A stretch of 64,000 nucleotides of DNA, from assembly GCA_963847185.1 (NCBI GenBank), contig CAWJYV010000010.1:96001-160000 (forward strand), given 5' to 3'. The DNA is from an uncultured Methanosarcinaceae archaeon (GTDB lineage: Archaea > Halobacteriota > Methanosarcinia > Methanosarcinales > Methanosarcinaceae). The notes beneath the pieces are model-generated. The model made no database searches. It was not told the DNA's origin and saw only the letters and a program-made list of their open reading frames with translations. Positions 1-11,227 of the stretch are shown here, in pieces. The position numbers and the translations under genes are program-made. Numbering within the stretch: the stretch's first letter is position 1; every line of letters starts with the position of its first letter.

Positions 1-11
1 GGAAATTTCAC

Positions 12-815
12 ATGGCAACCCAGGACATATCGATACCTTCTCTTATATTGTGCTTTTTATTGCTTGCAGTCCCTCTGGTAATCAGTTATATAATAAAACT
101 GGATGTTACTGAGAAGACCATTAGATCTGTTACGCGCATGACAGTCCAGCTTGTTCTCGTAGGCATGTTTTTAACTTTTGTCTTCGACCTCAACAGCGGA
201 ATTTTGAACCTTGCATGGTTACTGGGGATGGTTATAGTTGCAAGTTATACAAGTATACGCGATGTAGAGCTTAAAATGGACAAACTCTTTCTTCCGATTA
301 TTCTTTCCTTTACGGCAGCAAATTTAAGTGTACTCCTTTATTTCAACAAATTTGTGCTTGACCTTGAAAACCTTCTTGAAGCCCGTTACCTTATTCCGAT
401 AGGGGGTATGATTCTCGGAAATTCTCTTAGGGGTAACGTAGTGGGCGTAGGAGAGTTTTATGCGGATATCCGAAGAAACGAAAACAGATACCTCTATAAT
501 CTCTCGCTTGGGGCCAGCAGGTACGAAGCTCTTTTGCCCTACATTCGTAAGTGTCTGCGCTCGGCGCTCCGGCCTACTCTTTCGAATATAGCAACAGTAG
601 GCATCGTTTTTCTCCCCGGAATGATGACAGGACAAATCCTCGGAGGCGCAAGTCCGCTTCTCGCAATCAAATACCAGATATCCATAATGATTGCTATTTA
701 TGTATCTACAACAATGAGTACGACTTTTAGCATTCTGACTTCAATTCAGGCCGCTTTTGATGAATTCGGGCTTGTAAGAAAGGATATATACAGGGAAAAA
801 GGGAAGAAAAAATAA
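12..815 (+). CDS. ABC transporter permease, UPF0014 (YbbM/FetB-like) family
   Basis: Multi-TM ORF with RMTVQL, YLIPIGGMILGNS and LPGMMTGQILGGASPLLAIKYQI motifs typical of UPF0014. Confidence 0.85.
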   Translation: MATQDISIPSLILCFLLLAVPLVISYIIKLDVTEKTIRSVTRMTVQLVLVGMFLTFVFDLNSGILNLAWLLGMVIVASYTSIRDVELKMDKLFLPIILSFTAANLSVLLYFNKFVLDLENLLEARYLIPIGGMILGNSLRGNVVGVGEFYADIRRNENRYLYNLSLGASRYEALLPYIRKCLRSALRPTLSNIATVGIVFLPGMMTGQILGGASPLLAIKYQISIMIAIYVSTTMSTTFSILTSIQAAFDEFGLVRKDIYREKGKKK

Positions 816-919
816 CCCAGGGAAAAACGAGAGGAATAACATAAGGAAAAAGAGAAGAAGAATAACCTAGGTAAAAGGGGAAAAAGAATAAAAATGGATC
901 AGAATCTTTGGTCTACGGG

Positions 920-1312
920 TCAGGCATATCCTGTGATATCCTGCCCTATAGGAGTACTTTTTCTTATGCAATCTTCTCCATATTTAACCATATTCTCAAC
1001 CGCATTTTTTAATATGGAAGGATAGATTTGGCCTACCTGTTCCCACACAGGCCTTCCATGGCAGAAAAACTTGAAAGTAGGTGTGCCCTGAACTCCATAC
1101 CTTTCTGCAGTCCAGGGATTTGATGCAATATTTATCCGGGCAAAAACTGCCGAGTTTTTAAACTCTTCTGCGTAATTCGCAAAATAAGGTTCCATTGCTT
1201 TACAATAAGGGCAGGTGGGGCTGTAAAACATCACAATAACTGGTTTTTTAGACTCTTCTACCAACTTTCCCCAGCTCGTATCTTCGACTTCGACTATATT
1301 GCTTCCGTTCAA
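920..1312 (-). CDS. Thioredoxin family protein
   Basis: FYSPTCPYC CxxC motif, YGVQGTPTF cis-Pro motif; TTG start after GGGGG SD. Confidence 0.9.
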   Translation of the reverse strand: MNGSNIVEVEDTSWGKLVEESKKPVIVMFYSPTCPYCKAMEPYFANYAEEFKNSAVFARINIASNPWTAERYGVQGTPTFKFFCHGRPVWEQVGQIYPSILKNAVENMVKYGEDCIRKSTPIGQDITGYA

Positions 1313-1767
1313 TCACTTACCCCCAGGATATTGTAGAATAGAATTTTGGAGTTTTTGCATCAATACTTTAACCTAAATACTTAATTATTTATTGTGCTTA
1401 AACCAATGACTTTGAGCCTTATAATTCATTCGTACCTCAAGAGTTCTCTAAAATCATTGTGTTTCATAGAGTTTTGTAATATCATTTATGTCTCATAGAG
1501 TTAAAGTTCACGCCACTCCAAATTAGCCGCTTAAGAATTCTTTTTTTCAAATAGAGAATAGATGGTTATAAATAAGCAAGAAAGATAAGAGAAAGTAAAA
1601 AAACTGTGAACAGAACTAAAAATCAGTTCTGTTTTTCCTGATACAATAAAAATAAATATACTGGAACCTGCTAATCTAACAAAATTAATAAGCACAGGTT
1701 AATAGTGAAACAAATCTTATAATTAATGCTTCCTGGAATTTTTATCTTGATTATTTTATCCCGACTA

Positions 1768-2199
1768 TTAATCTGAATCTTCAGTCTCAGGGCTCATGAT
1801 CTCTTTAAAACATTCACAACATATGTACTTATCATTAAGGCACGTTTCTTTGAAATCTACTACTGGACCACCCGGCTTTGTGGTTGCTTCTCTAAATACA
1901 TAGAACTTTTCGTGAAATTCAATCGGTTGACCACATCTCGAACATATGAAGGGAGGATTCTCAACAGAATCAATCGCACACTCAATGCATATCAGATCTG
2001 ACTTATCTCCGTGAACATCTCTGAACTTTATCGGTTTCATATCCATACTGGTGTCCACAACCAGCACGTCTTCCAGAAGCTCCCGACCACAGATATTACA
2101 ATACTCTTTCATTGTGTCGCCTCCTTTCTCCAGAGGATTCTTCACAAAACCCAATACTGAGCCCACAAGAGGCTTCATTGTTTCCGTGTTTGCACTCAA
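1768..2199 (-). CDS. Cys-rich hypothetical protein, four CxxC pairs (double zinc-ribbon-like); alternative start at 2112
   Basis: CNIC, CIEC, CSRC, CCEC; both TTG at 2199 (AGGGGA) and ATG at 2112 (GGAGG) have SD motifs. Confidence 0.7.
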   Translation of the reverse strand: MSANTETMKPLVGSVLGFVKNPLEKGGDTMKEYCNICGRELLEDVLVVDTSMDMKPIKFRDVHGDKSDLICIECAIDSVENPPFICSRCGQPIEFHEKFYVFREATTKPGGPVVDFKETCLNDKYICCECFKEIMSPETEDSD

Positions 2200-2259
2200 T
2201 TGTATTCCCCTTTTCAGCTTATTTAATTCATACCAAACCGGCTACTCAAGCAAGATATC

Positions 2260-2358
2260 TTCCGATTCAGTAAATTTAACACCATTGAGTTGCGTTTTTC
2301 ACCCGGCCGGCGTCTAGCCGCCAGCTTCGGTCTTGAGAAGATAGACCCAGAGTCGGAA
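2260..2358 (-). ncRNA. Candidate structured leader RNA (four-way junction)
   Basis: Closing stem 2260-2268/2350-2358 encloses three hairpins, upstream of the Cys-rich gene; folded by eye only. Confidence 0.4.
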
Positions 2359-2736
2359 AAGCAAACAATGAATAGACACACTATAATACTGTATTCATTT
2401 TTTTTAATTGTTGCCTCAGAAATACTTTCCGCATTAGAATTTAAAGATGTTAGAAAACATTTGAAGAAGGCTTTTTGAATCGCTTTCTAGCCTCTGGTTT
2501 TAACTTCCCTATGCAAATATACGCTTTAAAACTATATACAATTGTTGATTTTAATCAAAAATAATTGAATAATCACAATGTGGATAATAAATAAAAGAAA
2601 AATTAAGTCCGGTGAAGGGAGAAAGCTGTATTAAAAATTATTTAAATTTAAAATGAAGTGAAACAAAGAACTTTATTGATCAAGAATCAATAATACATAA
2701 GAAGGGTAAAAAGACCACTCAGAAGGATTCGAAAAA

Positions 2737-3492
2737 ATGCTTAAGCAAAGATTTGTACTGGATACGACAGCATTAACGGACCTTCAGACGCGTGAGGTCA
2801 TGGGATATACATCCCTTTGCGAGGGGATGAAGGCTATTCTTGACCTTATAGCTGATGCTCGCCTGCAGTTCGGGATAAGCTGTTACGTACCCTATCCCTC
2901 AGTTTACAAGGAAATGTATGAGTTTGCAAGCCGCAACGGCTGTGATAGAGAAGTTATAGCCAAGATAGATACCTGGCTTGTAAAGAAATCTCCTGACCGT
3001 TACAGAGTATACGTAACTTCTCAGATCTTTCAGGAATATGTAAGTTATATGAGGGAGAGGATCAATCGGGGTATGGGAGTTGCAGAGGATGCTATATGGG
3101 AGGCAGCCACTGAATGCCTTTTTATGGAAAATCCGCAAAACAAGAAGAAGGAGTACAGGGAAGAGGTTGAAAGAGAAGTAATTGGAGGAATTATTGGCAA
3201 ATTCCGGAACAAATATCGAGCTGCCCTGAGATATGGAATTCTTGACAGCGCTCCTGATATTGATGTCCTGATTCTTGCCAAAGAGCTTGACGCAGCAGTT
3301 GTTGCAAGTGATTATGGGATTGAAAAATGGGCAGAACAGCTTGGGGTCCGCTTTGTGCCTGCAAATACATTCCCTATGATGATAAAAGAATACCTCAAGC
3401 ATCTTCCGGAAAAAGACAGAGAAAAAGAACTAGAGACTGAGAGCGAGGATAAAAAGAAAACAGGGTCTTCGGATGAGCTAGAATTCATTTAA
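2737..3492 (+). CDS. RNA-free ribonuclease P (HARP, PIN domain, UPF0278)
   Basis: RFVLDTT PIN N-terminus, [21 protein letters not shown] and ASDYGI motifs. Confidence 0.85.
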   Translation: MLKQRFVLDTTALTDLQTREVMGYTSLCEGMKAILDLIADARLQFGISCYVPYPSVYKEMYEFASRNGCDREVIAKIDTWLVKKSPDRYRVYVTSQIFQEYVSYMRERINRGMGVAEDAIWEAATECLFMENPQNKKKEYREEVEREVIGGIIGKFRNKYRAALRYGILDSAPDIDVLILAKELDAAVVASDYGIEKWAEQLGVRFVPANTFPMMIKEYLKHLPEKDREKELETESEDKKKTGSSDELEFI

Positions 3493-3599
3493 TAAATCTG
3501 GCGGCTTTTTAACCAAAGATTCTAAAACAGGACTTCTAAAATAGAACTTCTAAAATAGAGTGCTAAAATAGAGAATAATAATATCTGGGGGGTAAGATT

Positions 3600-4832
3600 T
3601 TGAGAAACATTGTTATCGAAGAGTTGAAAGCTTCAGAAGTTTATAACCAGAAGGTTGAAGTTGTTGAGAGAAAAGGGCTGGGACATCCGGACTATATATG
3701 TGATGCCATTATGGAGCAGGTTTCAGTAAACCTCAACCAGAAATATCTTGACACATTTGGAAACATCCTGCACTATAACGTAGACAAAGGGATGCTTATT
3801 GCAGGAGAAGTGGAAGGAAAATTCGGGGGGGGCAGGATAGTAAACCCTATGACATTGATCTTTGGAGACCGGGCAACCTTTGGAGCAAAAGGGGTTGAAA
3901 TTGATGTTCCCGGCCTTGCCGTTGACACTGCAAAGGAATGGTTTTCGGAAAATCTCCGTTTTGTAGATCCTGACAATTTTTCATATCAAGTAGAACTGAA
4001 AAGAGGTTCTGCAGAATTAACTGATATATTCACAAGAGGAGGAGAGATTCTCGGGGCAAATGATACCTCAGCAGCTGTAGGATATGCACCTCTCAGTCCT
4101 ACTGAAAGGCTTGTGTTCGAACTCGAGCGCTACCTGAATTCAAGGACGTTCAAAAAAGAGTATCCCGAATCCGGAGAGGACATAAAAGTCATGGGTCTCA
4201 GGCACAGGGAGGATATGCATCTGACAGTGGCAATGCCGCTTGTGGACAGATTTGTTGAATCTGAACAAGACTACTTTAAAAAGAAGATAGAACTGCATGA
4301 GCAGATGGAGAAATTTGCTGCCGAGTTTGCGGAAAAAGCAAGGGCTGAAATTGAGAAATGTATGTGTTTAAAACCTGCAGTCTCCATGAACACACTTGAT
4401 ATGCCGGGAAGGGGAATGCAGGGAATCTATACTACTGTTACTGGCACCTCCGCAGAAGATGCAGACTCCGGGCAAGTAGGACGTGGAAACCGCGTAAATG
4501 GAATAATCCCTTTAAATCGACCGGTTAGCAGTGAAGCCGCAGCAGGGAAAAACCCTGTAAGCCACATTGGAAAGATCTACAACCTTCTTTCCCACAGGAT
4601 TGCGGCCAGAATCTACGACCAGGTACCTGATGTCTCTGAGGTCTATGTCTGGCTTTTGAGCGAAATCGGGACTCCAATTGACCAGCCTCAGATTGCAACT
4701 GCACAGTTAATAATGAAAAAAGGGTCTTTAAAAGATGTGGAAAAAGAAGCAACCGAAGTAATAGAAAGAGAGCTTGAGAATATACAGGCCTTCACAAAGG
4801 AACTGATTGCAGGAAAGTGTCCTATTTGCTAA
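3600..4832 (+). CDS. mat: S-adenosylmethionine synthetase, archaeal type
   Basis: [50 protein letters not shown] motifs. Confidence 0.95.
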   Translation: MRNIVIEELKASEVYNQKVEVVERKGLGHPDYICDAIMEQVSVNLNQKYLDTFGNILHYNVDKGMLIAGEVEGKFGGGRIVNPMTLIFGDRATFGAKGVEIDVPGLAVDTAKEWFSENLRFVDPDNFSYQVELKRGSAELTDIFTRGGEILGANDTSAAVGYAPLSPTERLVFELERYLNSRTFKKEYPESGEDIKVMGLRHREDMHLTVAMPLVDRFVESEQDYFKKKIELHEQMEKFAAEFAEKARAEIEKCMCLKPAVSMNTLDMPGRGMQGIYTTVTGTSAEDADSGQVGRGNRVNGIIPLNRPVSSEAAAGKNPVSHIGKIYNLLSHRIAARIYDQVPDVSEVYVWLLSEIGTPIDQPQIATAQLIMKKGSLKDVEKEATEVIERELENIQAFTKELIAGKCPIC

Positions 4833-5056
4833 GGAATGATTCAAATATAATATCAAGGGGTTTTGTTGCCAAGAATGGTTATTAGGGGAAATGGAACTAT
4901 AGATCAATTCCCAAACTGAAATTTATAAGTTCTATTTTCATCATTCCTAAAGAATTAATTCCAGAAATATTTCGTTATCATGTGAACTGGAAAGAAGTTC
5001 ACCCTGGAGTTGCCTGAAAAAATTTAGAAATTGTTTGGAGAACTTAAAAATAAAGC

Positions 5057-5926
5057 TCATGCTCCTGCAATGAAAGAGAGAAGAGCAAAAAACATTGCGA
5101 TTTTAAACATCTTTGAAGATTTTGTGGGATTGTTGCGGACAAGAATCTGGTAGATGGCTGCCAAGAAACCCAGGTCTGCCAGAAGAACAATGTAAAGATA
5201 GCGCAGGCCAAGTATTGACATAAGGTAAGGAAGAGGGCTTAAAAGTACGGCAAGGAACCCGATCAACACTGCAAGATAGCTCGCTTTTTTCACCCCTATC
5301 CTGATCGGAAGAGTATCTGCCCCTTCAATTTTATCTCCTTCCATGTCTTCAATATCCTTTACAATCTCCCTGGCAGTGATAGCAAGAGCCGCAAGCAAGA
5401 AAAGCACAAAAAGAGCCCGGAGACCCCCAAACCCAAAAACAGAGGCTCCAAACAGGAAAGTAGAGCCTGTAAGGTAACCTATGCTCAAGTTTCCCAAAAG
5501 GGGAGTACCTTTGAGTGTTTTTGCATAGAAAATTAGCAAAAGGGAGTTAAAAAGGGCAATAGCCCCGCAAACTGAGTTAATTGAGAAGGCCAGAAGTGTA
5601 CCCAAGCCAAACAGGAGGCAGGAAAAATAAAGAGCTTCCTTTAATTTCACCCTTCCTGAAGGAATTGGTCTCTCAGGACGGTTGATAGAATCTATCCTGA
5701 TATCAAAATAGTCATTAATAGAATTTCCCGCACCCGAAACCAGAAATACTACCAGAAATACAAAGCTTGAATCAGGGAAAGGGAAATTTTCCGGATGATA
5801 CGAGTCGATATTCCCGGATGTAAGGATATTAAAAGCTATGAGTGTTCCTATCACGGCTGCAAAACCTGCCATCAGGCAGTTGCCGTATCTCATCAGTTCC
5901 AGGTATGTACGCACTTTTGAAGGCAT
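5057..5926 (-). CDS. Digeranylgeranylglyceryl phosphate synthase (UbiA family)
   Basis: [21 protein letters not shown] and [13 protein letters not shown] Asp-rich motifs, multi-TM. Confidence 0.9.
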   Translation of the reverse strand: MPSKVRTYLELMRYGNCLMAGFAAVIGTLIAFNILTSGNIDSYHPENFPFPDSSFVFLVVFLVSGAGNSINDYFDIRIDSINRPERPIPSGRVKLKEALYFSCLLFGLGTLLAFSINSVCGAIALFNSLLLIFYAKTLKGTPLLGNLSIGYLTGSTFLFGASVFGFGGLRALFVLFLLAALAITAREIVKDIEDMEGDKIEGADTLPIRIGVKKASYLAVLIGFLAVLLSPLPYLMSILGLRYLYIVLLADLGFLAAIYQILVRNNPTKSSKMFKIAMFFALLSFIAGA

Positions 5927-5976
5927 CAGAAGAAAGCAGCATTATAAAGTATTAAAAGTATCGGATCTTTTCCTCT

Positions 5977-6127
5977 CGAATTGCGCCTCGCCCGAATTGC
6001 GCCTCGGGATCACAGGAAATCAGAGATTTTCTGGGAGTTGCAATGTAACCGCAACAGTACGCAGTCCTTTTCGCTGCGCTCAAGAGGACAAATTTATTGT
6101 TCAGAATCCCGAGTTTCGCTTCGGGAG
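5977..6127. repeat. Cluster of short palindromic intergenic repeat modules
   Basis: Direct repeat CGAATTGCGCCTCG (5977, 5993); hairpins GTTGC/GCAAC 6037-6055, GTCCT/AGGAC 6064-6089, TCCCGA/TCGGGA 6107-6126. Confidence 0.55.
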
Positions 6128-6469
6128 CGCGAGGTCCGTTTTGAATTGAGAATTGGAACCAGAAAAATCATAGATCTTCTTTTAGCTTCGGTATGATTGC
6201 AACATATATTGTTCTTTTATCTTCAAGTCAAGAGAGTTAATTTACAGAGTTTCAACTCTTCTTCTTTTCATTGTTTTATATCTGTCTTTAAAATAATTTT
6301 AGATATATTCAAAGGACAAAGTATTAATGTCTTGGACCAAAATTTAATGAAAAAACACTCACAGTAAGTTCCTAAATTTTGTTTCCATGAATTATATTAT
6401 AGTATGTAAATAACTTATTGATACACCAGAGATTTATGTTTACAAAAGTGCTGGCGGAGGCCAATAAAA

Positions 6470-7878
6470 ATGAAAACGAATTTTTTTAGGTCTTTAATTT
6501 TTGTAATATTCATCATGCTAATAATTGTTGGAAGAGCTCCTGGGATGGCATCTGCTGCAAATGATATTGATATCGGAAGTTCTGATACAGGCACTAATGA
6601 AGTTACAGATACAGGAGATAGCTCGGGAGACGACTCGGGAAATGACTCGGGAGATGACTCAGGAGATGACTCAGGAGATGACTCAGGAGATGACTCAGGA
6701 GATGACTCAGGAGATGACTCAGGAGACGACTCGGGAAATGACTCAGGAGATGACTCAGGAGATGACTCGGGAGATGACTCAGGAGATGACTCAGGAGATG
6801 ACTCGGGAGATGACTCAGGAGATGACTCAGGAGACGACTCGGGAAATGACTCGGGAAATGACTCAGGGGATGACTCGGGAGATGACTCAGGAGATGACTC
6901 GGAGACGACTCGGGAAATGACTCGGGAAATGACTCGGGAAATGACTCAGGAGACGACTCGGGAAATGACTCAGGAGATGACTCAGGAGATGACTCAGGAG
7001 ACGACTCAAAAGATAATTCAGGGGACAGTTCAAAAGAGAACTCTGGAGACAACTCAAAAGAGAACTCTGGAGACAACTCAAAAGACAACTCAGGAGATAA
7101 CTCATCGGGAAATGGCTCTGGAGACAACTCAGGAGATAGCTTGTCGGGAAATGGCTCTGGAGACAACTCAGGAGATGATGACGATGACGACAGCATAGAA
7201 AAAGAAGCTTCCATAGAGCCAGCCAGCAATATCGCTGTCAAGGAGCTTGCCACTAGGCATGTGATTAGTGGGTATCCTGTGAGATTCGATTTTGTAGAAA
7301 ATGTCACAGATGTTACAGGTATTGGATTTGATCCAAAAAAGACTTTCAGGAAAACGACAACAATTGTAGAGATGCTTAAAGGAAACTCTACTCTTGTTTC
7401 AACAATTCCTCCAGGCAAAGTATATAAATACTTGAATATCTGGGTGGGAGAAAAAGGAGCAGGACTTCCCACTTCCCTTAAAAATGGATATGTGGAGTTC
7501 AAAGTTGAAAAAACATGGATTAAAAAGAATAATGTAAGTGAGTCTCAGATAACTCTTCAATGGAACGATAAAAGTTGGGAACCCCTTTACACGGAGAAAG
7601 TAGGAGAAGATGAGAGTTATGTCTACTTTAAGTCAAAAGTTACAGGTTTTTCCTTCTTTGCAATAACAGAATACGCTGATGGAAAAGTTCAGTCCGAAGG
7701 AGTACATGAGACTCTGATAAAACTGAAAAGTGAAGGAGAGTTAGCTCTGAGCGCAAATGCGGAAAAAGGGAGTAGCATAATAAAGGATCCAAAAGGAAAA
7801 GCTAAAATACTTATGGCAGTTTCCCTTCCGCTGTTTATGATTGGTGTAGGATACAGTGTATGGAAGAAAAAGATCTGA
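6470..7878 (+). pseudogene. Surface protein with signal peptide, GDDS repeat, PGF-pre-PGF domain and C-terminal TM; single frameshift near 6900
   Basis: Repeat unit at 6900 lacks one base; frame from 6901 reads GDDSGNDS...DDDDDSIEKE and continues into ORF 7141-7878. Confidence 0.8.
6620..7010 (+). repeat. 12-bp tandem repeat (GGAGATGACTCA/G, about 30 copies) encoding GDDS/GNDS
   Basis: Directly visible tandem array; degenerates into KENSGDNS repeats up to about 7180. Confidence 0.95.
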
Positions 7879-8016
7879 AAAATATTATCATCTAATGGAA
7901 AACAAGTGAGAATATTCTCACTTAATCCACTTTATTAACTGATTTAATTAACTTATATTAAGAGGGACTTAACAGAAAAAGAAAAGAATAAAAGGTTCAA
8001 ATGCTTGTTTAAATGC

Positions 8017-8931
8017 TTATCTTAATTTTACTGCAAGCATTCTGTCAAGCGCCTCTTTTGCCCTGATTCTGATACCTTCAGGAACAGTTACTATCTGCTG
8101 CATCTTTTCAAGGGAAGCCAGGACTTTTTCAAGATTAACCATTTTCATGCTCGGACAGCAGGCAAATTCAGAGATGCAGTAGTATTTCTTTTCCGGAGCT
8201 GCTTTCAAAAGCCCGTGGATAAGTCCGCATTCCGTACCTATAATGAATTCCTGTGCAGGAGAATTTTTTGCGTACATTATCATTCCTCTAGTGCTTGCGA
8301 TGTGGTCTGCTAGTTCCAGAACTTCGGGGCGGCACTCAGGATGGGCAATAAATCTGGCATCAGGATGCTTTTCCTTCATTTTCAGGACATCTTCTTTCAG
8401 AATTTGATGGTGCGTAGGGCAATGACCTTCCCAGGGGATAATTTTTTTGTCAGTTCGAGCTGCGACATAAGCAGCCAGGTTTTTGTCAGGCACAAAGATA
8501 ATCTCATCTGCATCCAGAGAATTTACTACTTGCACTGCATTCGCAGACGTGCAGCATATATAAGACTCTGCTTTGATAACTGCCGAGCTGTTAACATAGG
8601 AAACAACCAGAGCATCGGGATGCTTTTCTTTTTCTTTTTTAAGGCCACCTACATCTACCATGTCAGCCATAGGGCAGGTAGCATCAATTTCAGGCAGGAG
8701 GACGGTTTTATTTGGACTGATAATTGCCGCACTTTCTCCCATAAAATGGACTCCGCAAAAAACAATAACATCCGCACTCTGGCGGACAGCCTCTTGACTC
8801 AGACCTAAGGAGTCTCCTACAAAATCTGCAATGTCCTGAACTTCAGGACGGGAATAGTAATGAGCAAGAATAACTGCATTTCGCCTTAACTTCAATTCTT
8901 TGATCCTTTCTATAAGCTCTGCTTGCTGCAT
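8017..8931 (-). CDS. nadA: Quinolinate synthase
   Basis: [36 protein letters not shown] motifs. Confidence 0.95.
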   Translation of the reverse strand: MQQAELIERIKELKLRRNAVILAHYYSRPEVQDIADFVGDSLGLSQEAVRQSADVIVFCGVHFMGESAAIISPNKTVLLPEIDATCPMADMVDVGGLKKEKEKHPDALVVSYVNSSAVIKAESYICCTSANAVQVVNSLDADEIIFVPDKNLAAYVAARTDKKIIPWEGHCPTHHQILKEDVLKMKEKHPDARFIAHPECRPEVLELADHIASTRGMIMYAKNSPAQEFIIGTECGLIHGLLKAAPEKKYYCISEFACCPSMKMVNLEKVLASLEKMQQIVTVPEGIRIRAKEALDRMLAVKLR

Positions 8932-9263
8932 GGGACCACCATAAACGTGTTTAAGGAAGACCTGAATGAGATTATCATGAGGTCAGAATCAAAATAACCT
9001 GATATTTATTATATATTGCTTTGTGTGTTTTTCCGTAGAGACATTTTTATAAGCACATTGATAAGAAACGTACCAATGTAAACAGCTACAGGCTCTTTGT
9101 ACACATACTATTGTCTAGAGAACGTACCTGTTAACTCATCCGCACTATATATTGTTTGTGAACCCCGAAGCTTTGTCAGCAGAATTTCACTTAATTCTTA
9201 GCAAATTACTTTGATTTTGCTGTAATTGCTACTTTTGAAAGAAAAAGACACAAAATATTCCTT

Positions 9264-9622
9264 GAGGTGATCCCAAAACTCAAAATTGCATCACTAAATC
9301 TAGTGCTTCGATTCCAAAATAAATTCCTTATTTAATAGGAAATTCGTGATTAATGGGTAGATTCAAAAGTCAGGTTTTATGAACATACTTCGGAATCGCA
9401 GTACTAGTATTCCAAATTATAAATATATAGGACTTACGCGGTTGAACTGAATAATCAACAGCCTCAAACCTTCAACTGTCTAAAACATTGATTTATTAGT
9501 GATGTCTATGATACTGATTTTGAACCTCAAGTGCGTAAGTCTTAAATATAGTTTCTGATTGTGAAAAAACAGTTCTGAAAATTTTGCAGACTTGCGGATT
9601 GAAATGGTTTTGGGATGAGCTC
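9264..9622. mobile_element. MITE-like element containing a nested second MITE
   Basis: Imperfect TIR GAGGTGATCCCAAAAC (9264-9279) / GTTTTGGGATGAGCTC (9607-9622); no ORF. Confidence 0.6.
9428..9544. mobile_element. Short MITE (TAGGACTTACGC-type ends)
   Basis: TIR TAGGACTTACGC / GCGTAAGTCTTA (11/12 match) flanked by AATATA on both sides. Confidence 0.7.
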
Positions 9623-9632
9623 ATGGATAATA

Positions 9633-9992
9633 TTATTCACTGATCCAAGTCTTTGCTTTATCAAATTCATTATTACTGAAAACTCTCACCTGAACAGGAA
9701 TAATGAATTTAAACACATTGACAGAATCATTTATCCAGTGAACATCAGAAACAACCGCAACCTTCTCGAATGAAAATGTATGCCATGATACCTTTGCATC
9801 TTCTAGGTAAGCATCGAGTGCATAATGCATAAAATCTTTGTTCAATTGATAAAGCATGCGAATCTTCTTGTACCTTTGCAGTTTGTCTTTCATTGCAGGA
9901 ATTAGTACAGTGTCGTAGTCTTCTCCTGTTATCGTTCCACTCCCAATAATACCAAGAACATTGTCTGGCAACCCTTGCATAAGTTCCATCAT
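9633..9992 (-). CDS. SpoIIAA-like (STAS/SEC14) protein
   Basis: G.ITGEDY..LIP, FEKVAVVSDVHW, VRVF...A..WI pattern; ATG at 9992 follows GGAGGG. Confidence 0.8.
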   Translation of the reverse strand: MMELMQGLPDNVLGIIGSGTITGEDYDTVLIPAMKDKLQRYKKIRMLYQLNKDFMHYALDAYLEDAKVSWHTFSFEKVAVVSDVHWINDSVNVFKFIIPVQVRVFSNNEFDKAKTWISE

Positions 9993-10344
9993 AATATTTC
10001 CCTCCAAAAGACACAATGCCAAAATCTAGTGATGAGATTAAAATTAAAAATCACTAGATTTCGAAAATGGTCACAATTCTTTGAATGCTACCTATTAATT
10101 GATGCCGATAAATCTCGAATATTGAGTTTACTTGAAAACTCAATTCATTTTGGAAATTCAATATTTCAATCAGAAAATGCAAAAATCACTAGATTTTGGA
10201 ACTGAGTCCTCCAAAGCTAGAAATTATTCTAATAATATCCACAGGCAAATGAAAGTACTTTTCTCCTTACTTTTTTTGACTGTTGATGTCATCATTACCA
10301 TAGGCAGGAATTTTTTCAATAACACATGTATGAAGCTAAGAAAT

Positions 10345-10505
10345 AAGCGTAGCTTCTTGTAACCCTCTACATACCTAACACGCACATATACCTAGAAGCC
10401 ATGTACAAAGGCCAAGGATATCGCTTGGGATAAGGACAGGTAGTCCGGCTCAGGATAGTGCGGAAACTATTAGTGTGAGAGCCGGATCTTTGCCGAGGCT
10501 TAGAA
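10345..10505 (+). ncRNA. Candidate small RNA, copy A
   Basis: Multibranched pairing (AAGCC/GGCTT, CAAAG/CTTTG, CCAAG/CTTGG, TCCGGCTC/GAGCCGGA); shares a 35-nt motif with 13791; strand inferred. Confidence 0.45.
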
Positions 10506-10584
10506 ACGATTATATCCCGAAAACAAGTAAATATTTAAATACAAGTTAAGAAATTTTAGCTTCCCTGCTCATCATTATTCAGAC

Positions 10585-10875
10585 TTAATCTATCATCTGA
10601 TTGATTTTATTGTAAAAATCTATTATCACATTTGTTGCCTCATTTTCCATGTTCAGCTGGAAAGTTCGGAGTTGCTTTCCCAAGAGTTTTTCTCGGACAA
10701 CGCCTGATGCTATCAAAGGGGTGACAACTCTTGATACACTGGCGTGAGACAATCCAGTTTCTTCAGCTATTCCTGAAAGGTAAGTTGGCTCGTTCTGTTT
10801 TTCGATCAAGTTCTTGAGGACTGTCATCTGTGCAGTTTTTCCGAAGATTTTCTCCATTGGATCCATTGATATCAT
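10585..10875 (-). CDS. Winged helix-turn-helix transcriptional regulator
   Basis: YLSGIAEETGLSHASVSRVVTPLIASGVV HTH plus wing. Confidence 0.8.
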   Translation of the reverse strand: MISMDPMEKIFGKTAQMTVLKNLIEKQNEPTYLSGIAEETGLSHASVSRVVTPLIASGVVREKLLGKQLRTFQLNMENEATNVIIDFYNKINQMID

Positions 10876-11146
10876 CTCAGAGGTGGCTATTCTCTATAAG
10901 AGCGTGCCTTAAAATTAAATTTGAATCTATAATTGGGATAGGTCTTATTCATTTGAACTGAAAAAGAATAGCATTAAACAATCAAATGCCTAAAATACAA
11001 ATATAAACCATGATATTACTATGTTTTATAGATGGTATTTTTGCGGCGCTGAAAGAAGCGCCGCTAACTATACCCTGAATAGTTAGTGCATTTTTCGGGT
11101 TGGAAAATTTTCCCTTGAATTTGAAGAAGATATAATTTTTGCGGCT

Positions 11147-11227
11147 TTACCAGCATTGGATGTATCTGAACCATGTCATGGTATAATTCCAGCTACTTAT
11201 ACACAAGTATTCATACAATATATACAT
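11147..11227 (-). CDS. Possible 26-aa small protein (MYILYEYLCISSWNYTMTWFRYIQCW)
   Basis: GGAGG SD 8 nt before ATG; lies in a 1.1-kb intergenic gap. Confidence 0.3.
   Translation of the reverse strand: MYILYEYLCISSWNYTMTWFRYIQCW

Noticed and set aside
2260-2358. tRNA gene
   Set aside because: Cloverleaf-like topology but no T-loop GTTCRA, D-loop consensus or 7-nt anticodon loop
6620-7010. Possible CRISPR array
   Set aside because: Contiguous 12-bp units with no unique spacers and no cas genes
6525-7502. TQEM/TREM and SPES/SHLL repeat ORFs
   Set aside because: Alternative-frame and antisense shadows of the 12-bp GDDS array
10020-10215. AAAATCACTAGATTT repeats and small ORFs
   Set aside because: Probably MITE debris; ends not definable and ORFs lack coding features
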